A stretch of 32,000 nt of DNA from Candidatus Kuenenia stuttgartensis (GCF_900232105.1 NZ_LT934425.1:1110001-1142000), one strand, 5' to 3'; positions 1-12,463 are shown, numbered from the stretch's first letter. Numbers and translations: made by a program. The notes: generated by a model from the sequence alone, not told the origin.

Positions 1-486
1 TATCTTGCGGAGAAAGGAATTGTCGCTGATATTGAATTTTCTCATGGTGCAACAGAAGCAAAGGCGCCTGCTTTGGTTGATGCGATCGTAGAGCTTACCG
101 AAACAGGCAGCAGTCTCAGGGCTAATAAACTTCGAATAATAGATACAATTATGGAGTCGGCAACCCAGCTTATCACTAATCACCAGTCATGGAAAGATGA
201 TTGGAAACGCACAAAAATAGAAAATCTTGCCATGCTTTTTGAAGGAGCAATCATTGCACGTGAAAAAGTTGGATTAAAAATGAATGTACCTGGAGATTCC
301 CTGGAAAAGGTATTAAAACAATTGCCTGCACTGAGGAAACCCACGGTCTCGACCTTAAGCGAAGGTGCCGGCTATGCGGTTGAAACAATGGTAGATCAAA
401 GCATCGCGAGAAACATTATTCCGGCATTAATTAGGGCAGGGGCTGAAGGAATTATTGAATATCCATTAAATAAAGTAATACTTTAA
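1..486 (+). CDS. hisG: ATP phosphoribosyltransferase (long form), C-terminal part, truncated by window start
   Basis: Frame is open from base 1 ([49 protein letters not shown]...). It has the HisG TETG/LRAN region and the regulatory-domain tail [24 protein letters not shown]...[15 protein letters not shown]. Confidence 0.9.
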   Translation, partial: YLAEKGIVADIEFSHGATEAKAPALVDAIVELTETGSSLRANKLRIIDTIMESATQLITNHQSWKDDWKRTKIENLAMLFEGAIIAREKVGLKMNVPGDSLEKVLKQLPALRKPTVSTLSEGAGYAVETMVDQSIARNIIPALIRAGAEGIIEYPLNKVIL

Positions 487-706
487 CGACCCGTAACTAT
501 TTAACCAATTGAAGTATTATAGCACCATCATGCCACTTTCCCTGCACTTAATAGTCGCTATTTTTTAAAGAAGGCTCGATACGGACAATCGGTAGCTTTA
601 TACGGATTCGTCGTATAGCGTATTTTCCATTAGGTAGAGGTATTGCTTCGCCAGTAGTTACTTGCTATTTTATTTAAAGCTTGCAAAGTGTAAAAAGAAA
701 TATGAA

Positions 707-2267
707 ATGTTTTGTAAATCATTTACCATTATTGTTTTATCCGTAATTATCTTCTTTCTGGAGTTTTTGGGATGTAGTAATGTTACCATTAGGAAAAATT
801 CTCCCACATCCGGAGAAGGGGTATTTCTACACTTAAAAAGAATGGAAGATGCGTTTTCCTACTTTAGTGCGGGGTACTTTTTTTTACTAGAGAGAAATTG
901 GGAAATGGCTGCTGATAATTTTGAAAAGGCGAATGAAATAGACCCCAATTCTGAGAGGGTCATAAAGCATTTGGCTACCTGTTATTTTCAATTAGGCAAG
1001 AATGAAAAAGCTATAAATGCCCTCGAAAAACTTGCGAATCAAACCCCACAGGAATTCAGCCTTCATTACACACTGGCCACTCTCTACGAAGCAGTTGACA
1101 GAAAGAAAGAGGCAATTTCGGAATATGAATATGCCAGAAAATGTAAAATTACCAAACTGGACGAAGTTTTTCTGGCAGACTCCCTCTATCGGCTTGCAAA
1201 TATTTATATAGAACTGGGCATGATAGAAAAAAGTGCGGAGTGTTTTAAAACCATGTTTAATATGAACATTATTGCCCGCCCGGCAAAGTTTCATTATGAA
1301 ATTGGGTTAAAATACTTTGAGAAAAACATTGTTGATATGGCGCTGGAACATTTTTTGAAAGCAAAAAAATATGATCCGGAACTAACTTTTTCGAGTTTTT
1401 ATATAACACTATGTTATGATATTTTAAATGATCATGATACTGCTGTTGAAGAAGCGAAGGAATTTCTTCTTAAAGAACCTGAAAACTGGATAATGCGCCT
1501 TACACTCTCTGAAATTTATGAGAAATTGGGAAAAAAAACGGAAAGAAATGGAGAAATAGAAAAAATTAAGGAAATTCTCGAAAACAACATAGAGATAGGC
1601 AGCAGGAATCCAAGAGAATATTTTTTACTCTGTCAGATATATAGCAGCCAGAATAACATTGACGAAGCGACAAAAACAATTGAAAAAATGAGATTGTTAC
1701 CATTAGAAGCAGAAACAGAAAAAGATGTTCACTTTATGTTGGCCAATCTTTATTACCAATGTCAAAAATATGATACGGTGGAAAAAGAATTGCGTTTGGC
1801 CATAAAGATAGACCCTGATTTTCACGAAGCCAATAATTTCCTTGGATATTTTTTTGCGGAAAATAACAGAAATATTGACGAGGCAATTACATTAATCAAT
1901 AGAGCCCTTGACTCTCAACCAAAAAATGGCGCGTATCTTGATCAGCTTGGGTTGGGCATACTATAAAAAAGCGCAAATAGAAGAAAGAGATGATTATTTA
2001 TTCATGGCGCTTCAAAAGCTGGAAGAGGCGATTAAACTATTGGAAGATCCGTATATTTTTGAGCATCTGGAGACGTGAATTATAGCCTGGGCAGTTGGTA
2101 CGATGCGTTGGGCGCGTGGAAAAGGCAAAGGTATTGTATGAAAAAACACACGTCTATGAAAAACAATTGGAAAATGTAACACATAAAATTGACAAAATAA
2201 AACGTCTCATTTCTTTAGAAAAAAACAGTACAAAAATAATAAAACATCATTTAAAGAAAAAAATATA
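707..2267 (+). CDS. TPR-repeat lipoprotein; reading frame interrupted twice (~1950 and ~2072)
   Basis: Likely ATG at 707 (MFCKSFTIIVLSVIIFFLEFLGC, lipobox-like). Multiple TPR-like 34-aa units follow. After the apparent stop at 1966, the alternate frame continues as YYKKAQIEERDDYLFMALQKLEEAIKLLEDPYIFEHL, then DVNYSLGSWYDALGAWKRAKVLYEKTHVYEKQLENVTHKIDKIKRLIS... to a stop at 2267. Both breaks are at short G runs. Confidence 0.75.
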
Positions 2268-2312
2268 GTTTGAAAAATTAAATTCTATGTATTTAAGTGG
2301 GGAATAATACAC

Positions 2313-3056
2313 TTGGCAGGACATTCACATTGGGCTGGGATAAAACATAAAAAAAGCATTGCTGATGCTAAAAGAGGCAAGGTGTTTTCTAAAATATCCA
2401 GGATGATTACTATCGCTGTCAAAAAAGGTGGTAGCGACCCTAATATGAACCCGAAACTGGAACTTGCAATAAGTAAGGCGCGGATGGCAAATATGCCGAA
2501 AGACAACATAGAGCGTGCGATACAAAAAGGTATCGGAACGGGAGGCGATAATATCGAATTGCAAGAATGCTTGTTTGAAGGGTATGGGCCAAATGGAATA
2601 GCAATAATGATGGATGCGTTAACCGATAATAAAAACAGAACCGTCAGAACTAAGAAAACTATTTGAAAAGTTTGGCGGCATATGGGTGAAACAGGTTGCG
2701 TTTCCTGGATGTTTGAAAAAAAAGGCATTATATTGGTGAACAATAATGTGTGCGTAGAAGATGAATTTATGATGCTGGTGTTAGATGCGGTGCAGAGGAT
2801 TTCCAAACAGTGAGGGAGTATTATCAAGTGTTATGTGCTCAAACTGATTTGGATGCAGTTAAAAAAGCTATTGAAACTCAAAAATAAACCATAGAGATGC
2901 AGAAACAAGCGGTTGGCAAATAATACTATAGAGGTGGAAGGAGAAGCATATCGAAAAGCGCTTCAGCTTATAGAGGCGCTAGAGGATCATGATGATGTAA
3001 ATAGTGTTTACTCTAATCTGAACTTTGCACAAGAATTTTTTGAGGCTGAAAAGTAA
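2313..3056 (+). CDS. yebC: YebC/PmpR family transcriptional regulator, multiply frameshifted in this sequence
   Basis: [32 protein letters not shown]...[35 protein letters not shown] is the canonical YebC N-terminus. Alternate frames give [47 protein letters not shown] and [28 protein letters not shown]...EAEK*. Confidence 0.88.
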
Positions 3057-3177
3057 AGCTTTCCCAAAAGTATAAATTTTGTTTTTTTGAAAGTTGAGGT
3101 GTGTTGCTTTTGCACATGGATGGAAAAAGCACACGGGAATTTAGTAGTACTTACTGTGCATAATTATACTACGCACT

Positions 3178-5071
<1,894 letters not shown>

Positions 5072-5414
5072 GGAATGTTATCTTTGATCATGTAATTAAT
5101 AAAATAAAATATAAATATTCAAAAAAGATAGACAGAACAATGATATATATTAGAAATATGTCTATTGTCAAAATTTAAATCCCTGCTTCCGGGGATGATA
5201 TCAAAGTCTCGTTTAAAAAAACAGATATGCCAAAGGCAGGTGAAAGGGTCAGCGGTGAATAGAATAAAAATTGGCGAATATACATGGACTGGATTTTAAG
5301 ACCTGTATAGTATTTAAGTATAGCCGCTGATGAGGGCAGATTTAAAAAAACGCATACTGCCTGTCAATTCAGGTATATGATTCGCTATTTAATGCTGGTG
5401 GGTAAATAAAAAAC

Positions 5415-5444
5415 TTGACTTATCGCCTGTTTCATACCTATAAT
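5415..5444 (+). promoter_or_regulatory. Sigma70-like promoter for the tRNA-Phe gene
   Basis: TTGACT (5415-5420), 18-nt spacer, perfect TATAAT (5439-5444), 41 nt upstream of the tRNA 5' end. Confidence 0.6.
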
Positions 5445-5484
5445 ATCGCCACTGCATTAGTGATGTATCAATGTAAAATTAATG

Positions 5485-5560
5485 GGGCAGATAGCTCAGT
5501 TGGTAGAGCACAGGACTGAAAATCCTGGTGTCGACGGTTCGATCCCGTCTCTGCCCACCA
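5485..5560 (+). tRNA. tRNA-Phe (anticodon GAA), CCA encoded
   Basis: Acceptor GGGCAGA/TCTGCCC, D arm GCTCAGTTGGTAGAGC, anticodon arm CAGGACTGAAAATCCTG with GAA at 5518-5520, T arm GACGGTTCGATCCCGTC, discriminator A and genomic CCA. Confidence 0.97.
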
Positions 5561-5650
5561 CTTACAATCCTTCAAAGATCTCCCGCATTTAGCACCCCTC
5601 CATATCTTGCGAACACAGCATACAAGAAAGCAACTTTTTTTCCTATTGCA

Positions 5651-5881
5651 AGTTTTTTGTAACTATTCAGTGTAAACATTACATGAATCCCGGCGGGTTC
5701 ATGTTTGCAACCGTTCGTCGTGAGCTCAGCCGAACGGTTACAAGCCTGAACCCGCGAATGTAGTTCCAGTACCATTACGTTCCCAAACAGATACTTCACT
5801 ATGTTCAGTACAAGGTTTGGGAACGAGTTACGCTCTGATCTCCGTAGTTTAATAAATTACGCTGAATAGTTACAGTTTTTT
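5651..5881. mobile_element. MITE-like non-autonomous element (core 5659-5873, 215 bp) with 8-bp target-site duplication; IS66-type ends inferred
   Basis: TIRs GTAACTATTCAGTGTAA (5659-5675) and TTACGCTGAATAGTTAC (5857-5873) are 17 bp with 1 mismatch. They are flanked by identical AGTTTTTT (5651-5658 and 5874-5881). No coding capacity; internal inverted repeats present. Confidence 0.75.
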
Positions 5882-6052
5882 ACAAAAACACAAATATACG
5901 GTATAGTATTACCTTATACAAATACAATGGAAATCGTGCAACATTTCTGGAAAAGCAACGTATCTTTAAAATACCTTTCGATAAATTTCACTCTCAAAAA
6001 GTCATTCTTTTATAGTTTTATAAAATTAATTATTTTCAGGAAGCAAAGGAAA

Positions 6053-7336
6053 ATGAAAAAAAGTCTATTTGTTTTATTATTTTATACAATGATAATTTTT
6101 GCAGGCAGTGTCTCCGCAAATACATTTACATTGGGAGCGCCGGCAAATGCTGTGACAAAACGGGCAAATCAGCAAACCAGTGATTTTATATATAAGGAGT
6201 TTGAAGAGTTTGTTAAGGTAATAAAGGCGCTGCAGGAAAAGTATGTTGAAGAATTGGATATTAACACTATTTTTACAAACGCATACCGTGGAATGATGTC
6301 GGAGTTGGATCCCTTAGTCAATATATAAGTCCCGAAGAATTAGAAGAGCTTAAGATCGAAACGGAAGGGGAGTTTGAAGGTTTAGGTATCGAAGTAATTG
6401 TCAGGCATGGGCTAATAACCGTAATAACCCCCATACTCGATTCTCCAGCATTCAAGGCAGGGATATTGGTAGGAGATCGCATTCTCAAGGTTGATGGCAT
6501 ACCAACCAAAGACATAGCTATTCGTGAAACCGTAAAACTCCTTCGGGGGAAGCCGGGCACAACAACAACCCTTACTGTTTTGCATGAGGGAGAATCTATG
6601 CCGGTGGATATTACAATACAGCGGGCAAAGATCCATGTAAACAGTATAAGAGACGTAAAAATGGTGGATGAAACGGAGAAGATTGGCTACTTAGCTCTGA
6701 TAAATTTTCAGGAAAACACCGTTGATGATCTGGATAAAACAGTGAAAGAATTATTGAAGCAAGGCATGGAAGGTTTAATATTGGACTTGCGATTTAACCC
6801 TGGAGAATTGTTGAGCGCCGCCGTGGGTGTTTCTGACAGATTTTTAAAAAAGGGCGTTATTGTTTCAACCCGAGGCAGAGGTCCTGACCAAAACATTCTG
6901 TACCGCGCCCGCAGAAGCGGCTCCTATCCTGATTTCCCGCTGGTAGTACTGGTAAATAACGGAAGCGCCAGCGCATCTGAAATTGTCGCCGGAGCGATAA
7001 AGGATAATAAACGCGGTTTGCTGGTAGGCATGAAAACATTTGGCAAAGGATCTGTGCAGAGCCTGGTTCCAATACGCGAAGGCAATGCCGCCTTAAAACT
7101 AACGACCGCCAAATATTATACGCCATCGGGAGAATGTATCCACGAAAAAGGGATTGAACCCGATATTGAAATTCCGCTTGATTTTTCCCAGATGAGGGAA
7201 TTGCAGGTAGAATTGTCAGCGGCGAAAATAGGCAGGAAAGCGGCTGATAAGGAAAAAAGAACCCCCTCTCTTCAAAGATTTGCAACTCGAAAAGGCAATA
7301 GAGGTAATAAAAGGCATGGAAACTGACGGGAAATAA
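6053..7336 (+). CDS. ctpA: S41 family carboxy-terminal processing protease, frameshifted near ~6325 and ~7265
   Basis: MKKSLFVLLFYTMIIFAGSVSA signal peptide, YKEFEEFVKVIKALQEKYVEE, then a PDZ domain, GRGPDQ...YPDFPLVVLVNNGSASASEIVAGAIKDNKRGLLVGMKTFGKGSVQ catalytic region. The tail in the shifted frame reads DLQLEKAIEVIKGMETDGK*. Confidence 0.88.
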
Positions 7337-7460
7337 AATAACTAATAAGAGAATGGGCATTAATTCATGGATTTTTACTACAGGCAAGAGGGAATACCTG
7401 CTTTTTTCTCCAATTTAGGGAGAATACGTTTCTCAAAAGACTAAAGTGTTACCATTGTTT

Positions 7461-8218
7461 CTATTGCCAATCCCATCCCTCAATTATTTTATGGTGTTGA
7501 TAATCTGTGCGGTCATAACGAAGGGGGGTAATGGAGATATACCCGTCACGAAGCGCACTCAGGTCGGTTCCTTCTTCATGGTATTTGGATTTATCTGCTC
7601 CTGTCAACCAGTAATAAGCCCTGCCGCTTGGGTCAATACGTTTTTGAAAAACTTCTTTAAAATCCTGCGTGAATTGGTGTGTTATCTTAATCCCTTTTAT
7701 CTGATCAGGCGGAATTGCAGGAATGTTTACGTTTAAGAGCAAATTTTTGGGTAGATTATGGCTTAAAATACGTTGTATAATGCCTTTTGCTACGTCTGCC
7801 GTCCTGTGGATGTCATCAAGTGTTCTGTTATTTCGAAGGAAACCGCGATGGATGAAAATCCCATGACAGTGGCTTCCACCGCTGCCGCTACCGTTCCGGA
7901 ATAAAGGATGTGGATGCCCACGTTTGCCCCCATATTTAGCCCTGATATGACAATGTCAGGCTTCTCCCGCATAATCTCATTTACGGCAAGTTTTACACAA
8001 TCTGCCGGCGAACCGTTAACGCCGTACCCGATAAATTCATTGTTCATGTGCACTTTCCTGATACGCAGGGGTTGGTTGAAAGTGATGGAATGCCCACACG
8101 CCGCTTTGCTCAATATCCGGCGCAACAACGGTAACGGTTCCTAGATCCTGAATATAGTGTTTTAACGAAGCGATTCCCGGTGCATAAATACCATCTCATT
8201 TGTGAGCAAAATCTGCAT
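7461..8218 (-). CDS. surE: 5'/3'-nucleotidase SurE, frameshifted at several points
   Basis: ATG at 8218 gives MQILLTN; one missing base restores [32 protein letters not shown]. Then [14 protein letters not shown]...[46 protein letters not shown] and a C-terminal segment ...[13 protein letters not shown]-like ([15 protein letters not shown]). Confidence 0.88.
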
Positions 8219-8329
8219 ATGTTTTATCCTTAATAAGGAGTCTGCCGTATATTCGCCGTACACACGTAATAATCATATTTCCAATATGGATTTTTTGCAT
8301 TGATATCTTTGTACCTAAATCCTGCAAAC

Positions 8330-8350
8330 GATTTTCGCAATGCGAAAATC
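8330..8350. repeat. Near-perfect palindrome just inside the left IS end
   Basis: GATTTTCGCA-A-TGCGAAAATC (10-bp arms around one base). Confidence 0.7.
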
Positions 8351-8579
8351 AGTATTTTCCACTACCAAGATTGGCAAAAAGCGATAACAGATATCCGTTT
8401 TTTAGCAATTGTGGTAGCGCTATTGTACTACTTTAAACAAAAAGACATGGGAAATTGTCGGAAACGTGCTCTCTGATGCAATGAAAATCAAGATAGGGAT
8501 GTACTGTCTCCATCTGCGGTATACTTACCACTCTAAAAGACTAAAAAAACGAAATACAACGTGGTTTTCTACTGAAAAA

Positions 8580-9902
8580 CTACATCCAGTGACATGCGTT
8601 CCCACTTTTCCATTCCTCCTGATGGAGAAATTTCTCCGGCAATTTTAATGTCATCTGCCGGCTTCTCTCCACCAGTTTCCCTGCCACACTGATTAACCAC
8701 AGTCTCATCGTCTTTACTTCCCACTTTTGTATACTCCACCACTGAGCAATCCCATCCACTTCAAAAGATTATACGCTAACACCGCACACTGAAATAGCGC
8801 AGCATTGGCCAAAAATTCCACCGTACGTATGTGCCCCGCATTCATCTGTCCTTTACTCTCTTCTATCAAAGTCTCGCAGGTAGCCCTCTTTCCATAACAA
8901 CGATGCGCTTCCATCGGACTTAACCGCTCCGTTGTAACGTAACAAAAATACTCATACACGGACACTTCTACTAATTTCTTTTCTCTTTTGACCAATTGCC
9001 GCACTGCACAAAACGTCTCGCACGATCCCACCCTGCACATCGATACCAAAATTCAGCCTGTTCCCATCCTGGCTCCCTTTCACCCTCATTCCATTTCTGC
9101 CCTTCAACAATCCTTCCAGATTCTTCAGCTTTACCTTAATCAGATATCCCGCAAATATTGACTCAAGGTATTCAAGTAATTCTCGGTAAAAAAACCGCTG
9201 TCTCCCCGAAATACCACCCTTACCCCCTTATTCATGTACGCCATACATTCCTTCATGAACTCTACTACTCCGTTACTCGTGTAGGCGCTTCCACAGCGGA
9301 ACCAACTATGTAATACCTCCTTTGTTTCTGCAATAAATGCCATTAAGGGATGATACGCCTTCTGCCCCTTCTTGTGCGGATTATATCCTACCTCTGCACC
9401 CACCTTGTTTCCCATATACACCATCTACGGTAGAATCAACATCTATCCATACTTCGCAAAGAGCACTCCTGAGTTTATGGCCTGATCTCACCGCACGCTT
9501 CCATATCTTTCCCCTAAACCGGTGGATCACCCCCGTCAGTTCCACTATATCTCCCTGACTCGCCAGCTTCATAATACGTCCTATCGTAGTATCTACAGGT
9601 ACCTCTTTCCACCCGGACATCTTCTTCAATACCTCATCTGTACACACCTTCATACACTCTACCATCGATGTCGCCCCTGCTATCAACCCTATCACTACCA
9701 TTTGTACCGCATCGACAAACTGATACCGGGCATTTGCTCCACGATCCTTATGTACCGCTTCATGGACTCTCTCCCGGAACATCAGCTTACCCATAAAATT
9801 CAATACCGGTAAAAGCCCTGCATGTACCGTTAAGCCTTTCCCGCTCATCTCTGCCTTGATTTTCGGTTGTCTTTTGCTGTATTTTTTTGCTATATTCTTC
9901 AT
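8580..9902 (-). CDS. IS1380 family transposase, frame disrupted at about three points
   Basis: Segments in order: MKNIAKKYSKRQPKIKAEMSGKGLTVHAGL...VWIDVDSTVDGVYGKQ, VGAEVGYNPHKKGQKAYHPLMAFIAETKEVLHSWFRCGSAYTSNG...RVVFRGDSGFF, MEAHRCYGKRATCETLIEESKGQM, and KTMRLWLISVAGKLVERSRQMTLKLPEKF to a stop at 8580. Confidence 0.87.
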
Positions 9903-10028
9903 CGAAATGGTGAATCTCCTTTCAGGTGTTTTTTGTTATCAATATACCGCCGAATACCTTGGAAATCCTACCATTTCAATCCTATTCCTGCAACAAGGCT
10001 TTGCTTGTTTGCAGGATTTAGGTTGTAA

Positions 10029-11067
10029 TTAAAACAAATCAAGCAACGCCTTTTTCTTTCTACTATGGTCTTCTTCTGTAATAAGCCCCTCCTTCAGTAA
10101 ATCTTTTATTTCCCTGAGCTGATTTTTTATATCCATATCATTCATTCCATTATTCAAAAGCATTTCCTTTTTATAATCATAGTCTTCCTGTAAAAGAATC
10201 CCGTCATTGAGTAGTTCGCGCAATATAAGTAATTGTGCTTTGATTTTACTTTCCCTTTGAACACATTCGCGCCAGGTTCCACTTGTTGATAACCGGATGA
10301 AGAGTGAATATTGCTGCCAACTTTTTCTTTTTTTTGCAGTTGGTTATAGAAATCAGACTTGTCGGACTCGGAAATGTCCGGTTTTTTTATTTCAGGCCTC
10401 TGGTATGTTTCATCTGATATGTTTATGACCAGCCAGTTTTTGTGCCCCGGTTCAAAGGCTTGTCCATACGCAGGCAATAACGCCCAAAAACGACTGCCTT
10501 TTATCTTCGTCGGGTCTTCTTTTGCCGTACCCATCCCTTTTTTCTCAGACACCAAATCGCTGTACGTTTGGAACTTTTGTACCCGGCTAAAAACAATATT
10601 TAGACGGCTATCCCTCATAAACATAACGCAGTAGTTCTGTTTGTCCGCGAAAAACGGCCGCCCTGAGTACGAGACAACCTCTATTACCTGTGCAGGAGTT
10701 GCTACAGAAAAAGCCTGGATAATCAAGGGCACAAGCCTGCTGATTTCGTCATCCTGAAAGACGTTCACAGATGTACTCTTTTTCAAAAGCCCCTTTTCTT
10801 CGAAATAAATCTGCGATAATACATTACCGATAACATCACTGTTCATTTCATAAGGATGATTGAATTGCACAGAACCCCTGTTTGTTTAATGGATAATTCT
10901 TTATGCCTCACCTTAATCTTTCCATCCTCATATGTTTCTGCGCGAATTGCACCCGAAATATGAAAAGACAGCATGCAGAAGATAATACTCAAAAACAAAT
11001 TGGTTTTTTTAAAATGTGTATTCTTTGAATTCACCCGATTATTTCTACTACTTCCGAAAGGTAGCAT
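10029..11067 (-). CDS. Predicted secreted/membrane-anchored protein of unknown function with C-terminal tandem SHOCT-like repeats; frameshifted near ~10260 and ~10860; start codon uncertain
   Basis: N-terminal hydrophobic segment NLFLSIIFCMLSFHISGAIRAE (ORF 10843-11067), long middle ORF 10154-10870, and C-terminal ORF 10029-10223 with LRELLNDGILLQEDYDYKKEMLL and LREIKDLLKEGLITEEDHSRKKKALL. The true C-terminal frame is continuous upstream as VQRESKIKAQLLILRELLNDG. Confidence 0.6.
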
Positions 11068-12392
11068 ATTTCAATTAATTCAATCCCAAAATCTTTTCCT
11101 AATCCTTTAGCGTTATCTTTTGGAATAACTGCTCTTTTAAAACCCAACCGTTGAGCTTCTTTTAATCTGATTTCAATTTGATTTACACTTCGCACTTCAC
11201 CGCCAAGGCCAACCTCGCCAATGACTACCATATCCGGAGGTATTGGTTTCTCTTTAAAACTTGAGGCAATTGTCATTGCGATACCAAGATCCGCCGCAGG
11301 TTCGTAAACATGAACCCCCCCTACAATATTCACAAAGATATCCTGGCCTCCCAATTTTAAACCAATCCGCTTTTCAAGTATGGCAAGGAGCATCGATACC
11401 CTGTTATAGTCAACGCCGCTGACCTTTCTTTCCGGCATGCCAAACGTTGCCTTTGTTGCAAGCGCCTGAATTTCTAACAGCAAAGCGCGTGTTCCTTCCA
11501 TACAGGGAATGATTGTAGAACCTGCGCCTACTCTCATACCCTGTGAAATAAAAATCTCCGATGGGTTGTCAACCGGATGTAATCCGTTTTTTCTCATCTC
11601 AAAGATTCCAATCTCATCCGTGGATCCAAATCGGTTCTTAACAACCCTTAGAATGCGATAGCATTGAAATTTTTCTCCCTCAAAGTACAAAACGGTATCA
11701 GCCATGTGCTCCAACACCTTTGGACCTGCAATTATACCTTGTTTGGTTACGTGTCCTACCAGAAATATTGCAGAACCCGTAGATTTCGCGGTAAAAATCA
11801 GTTCATTTGCGCATTGTCGTACCTGAGCAACGGTGCCCGGAGAGGATTCTAGCTGGGGCTTATAAATCATTTGGATGGAATCTATCACCACCAGGGTAGG
11901 ATGTGTGTTGTGTATATTTTCTAATATAAAATCTAAATTTGTCTCAGAAACAACGAGTAATTTAGGCGACAATACGGATAGCCGCTCTGCCCTGAGTTTT
12001 GTTTGAGCAACGGATTCTTCTCCTGTGACATAGAGCGTGGTATATCCTTTTTGACTGACGTGCTGACATACTTGTAAGAGGAGTGTTGATTTGCCAATTC
12101 CCGGCGTTCCGCCGATCAATACCGCTGAGCCAACAACCAAACCTCCCCCCAGGATTCTGTCAAATTCGCTGATTCCCATTTCGATACAAGGGCAATCCTG
12201 AAGTTTTATCTCAGTTATCGGAATGGGAAGTTGTCTGTCAAGCATGGCAGACAAGGAAGTAGCGCCAACGGAATCATTACTATATTCCTCTACAGTGGAA
12301 TCCCATTCTCCGCAACCGCCACAACGCCCTACCCACTTTAAACTTTTCCATCCGCAACTTTGGCAGACGTAAACAACAGATGTTTTCGCCAT
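11031..12392 (-). CDS. radA: DNA repair protein RadA/Sms
   Basis: N-terminal zinc finger CQSCGWKSLKWVGRCGGCGEW, Walker A GGTPGIGKST, KNRFGSTDEIGIFEM (RadA KNRFG motif), Lon-like C-terminal domain. Confidence 0.97.
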   Translation of the reverse strand: MAKTSVVYVCQSCGWKSLKWVGRCGGCGEWDSTVEEYSNDSVGATSLSAMLDRQLPIPITEIKLQDCPCIEMGISEFDRILGGGLVVGSAVLIGGTPGIGKSTLLLQVCQHVSQKGYTTLYVTGEESVAQTKLRAERLSVLSPKLLVVSETNLDFILENIHNTHPTLVVIDSIQMIYKPQLESSPGTVAQVRQCANELIFTAKSTGSAIFLVGHVTKQGIIAGPKVLEHMADTVLYFEGEKFQCYRILRVVKNRFGSTDEIGIFEMRKNGLHPVDNPSEIFISQGMRVGAGSTIIPCMEGTRALLLEIQALATKATFGMPERKVSGVDYNRVSMLLAILEKRIGLKLGGQDIFVNIVGGVHVYEPAADLGIAMTIASSFKEKPIPPDMVVIGEVGLGGEVRSVNQIEIRLKEAQRLGFKRAVIPKDNAKGLGKDFGIELIEICYLSEVVEIIG

Positions 12393-12440
12393 GTATCGTG
12401 AGAGTTATTCACCCCTCAATTGTTTCGTGCGAAAAAATAA

Positions 12441-12463
12441 AAAAGGGCAAAAAAAGCCCTTTT
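12441..12463 (-). terminator. Rho-independent terminator between clpC and radA (minus-strand transcription)
   Basis: AAAAGGGC (12441-12448) / GCCCTTTT (12456-12463), 7-nt loop. On the minus strand the hairpin is followed by a T-rich tract (TTATTTTTT). Confidence 0.65.

Larger units (their letters stand above)
8314..10022 (-). mobile_element. Complete IS1380-like insertion sequence, 1709 bp
   Basis: Perfect 16-bp TIRs CCTAAATCCTGCAAAC (8314-8329) and GTTTGCAGGATTTAGG (10007-10022). 5-bp direct repeat TTGTA at 8309-8313 and 10023-10027. Encodes one transposase on the minus strand. Confidence 0.9.

Noticed and set aside
493-661. GTAACTAT (493-500) and ...TAGTTAC (~655-661) as ends of a second MITE related to the 5659-5873 element
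   Set aside because: Only 7 bp match between the arms, and the flanking 8-mers (AACGACCC versus TTGCTATT) do not match, so there is no target duplication.
2313-3056. Programmed ribosomal frameshifting in yebC
   Set aside because: There are too many breaks in one short gene, and neighbouring genes have the same problem. Single-base errors explain the pattern better.
5178-5270. Possible gene remnant (…KTDMPKAGERVSGE*) upstream of tRNA-Phe
   Set aside because: A short translatable stretch with no recognisable family; insufficient to call a pseudogene.
5572-5799. 75-aa minus-strand ORF after the tRNA
   Set aside because: It spans the MITE-like element and its inverted repeats, and has no protein features.
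6857-7387. 176-aa plus-strand ORF inside ctpA
   Set aside because: It overlaps conserved S41 peptidase coding sequence in another frame and has no recognisable domain; it is a shadow ORF.
8466-8648. 60-aa plus-strand ORF within the IS element
   Set aside because: It overlaps the 3' end of the antisense transposase and has no homology signal.
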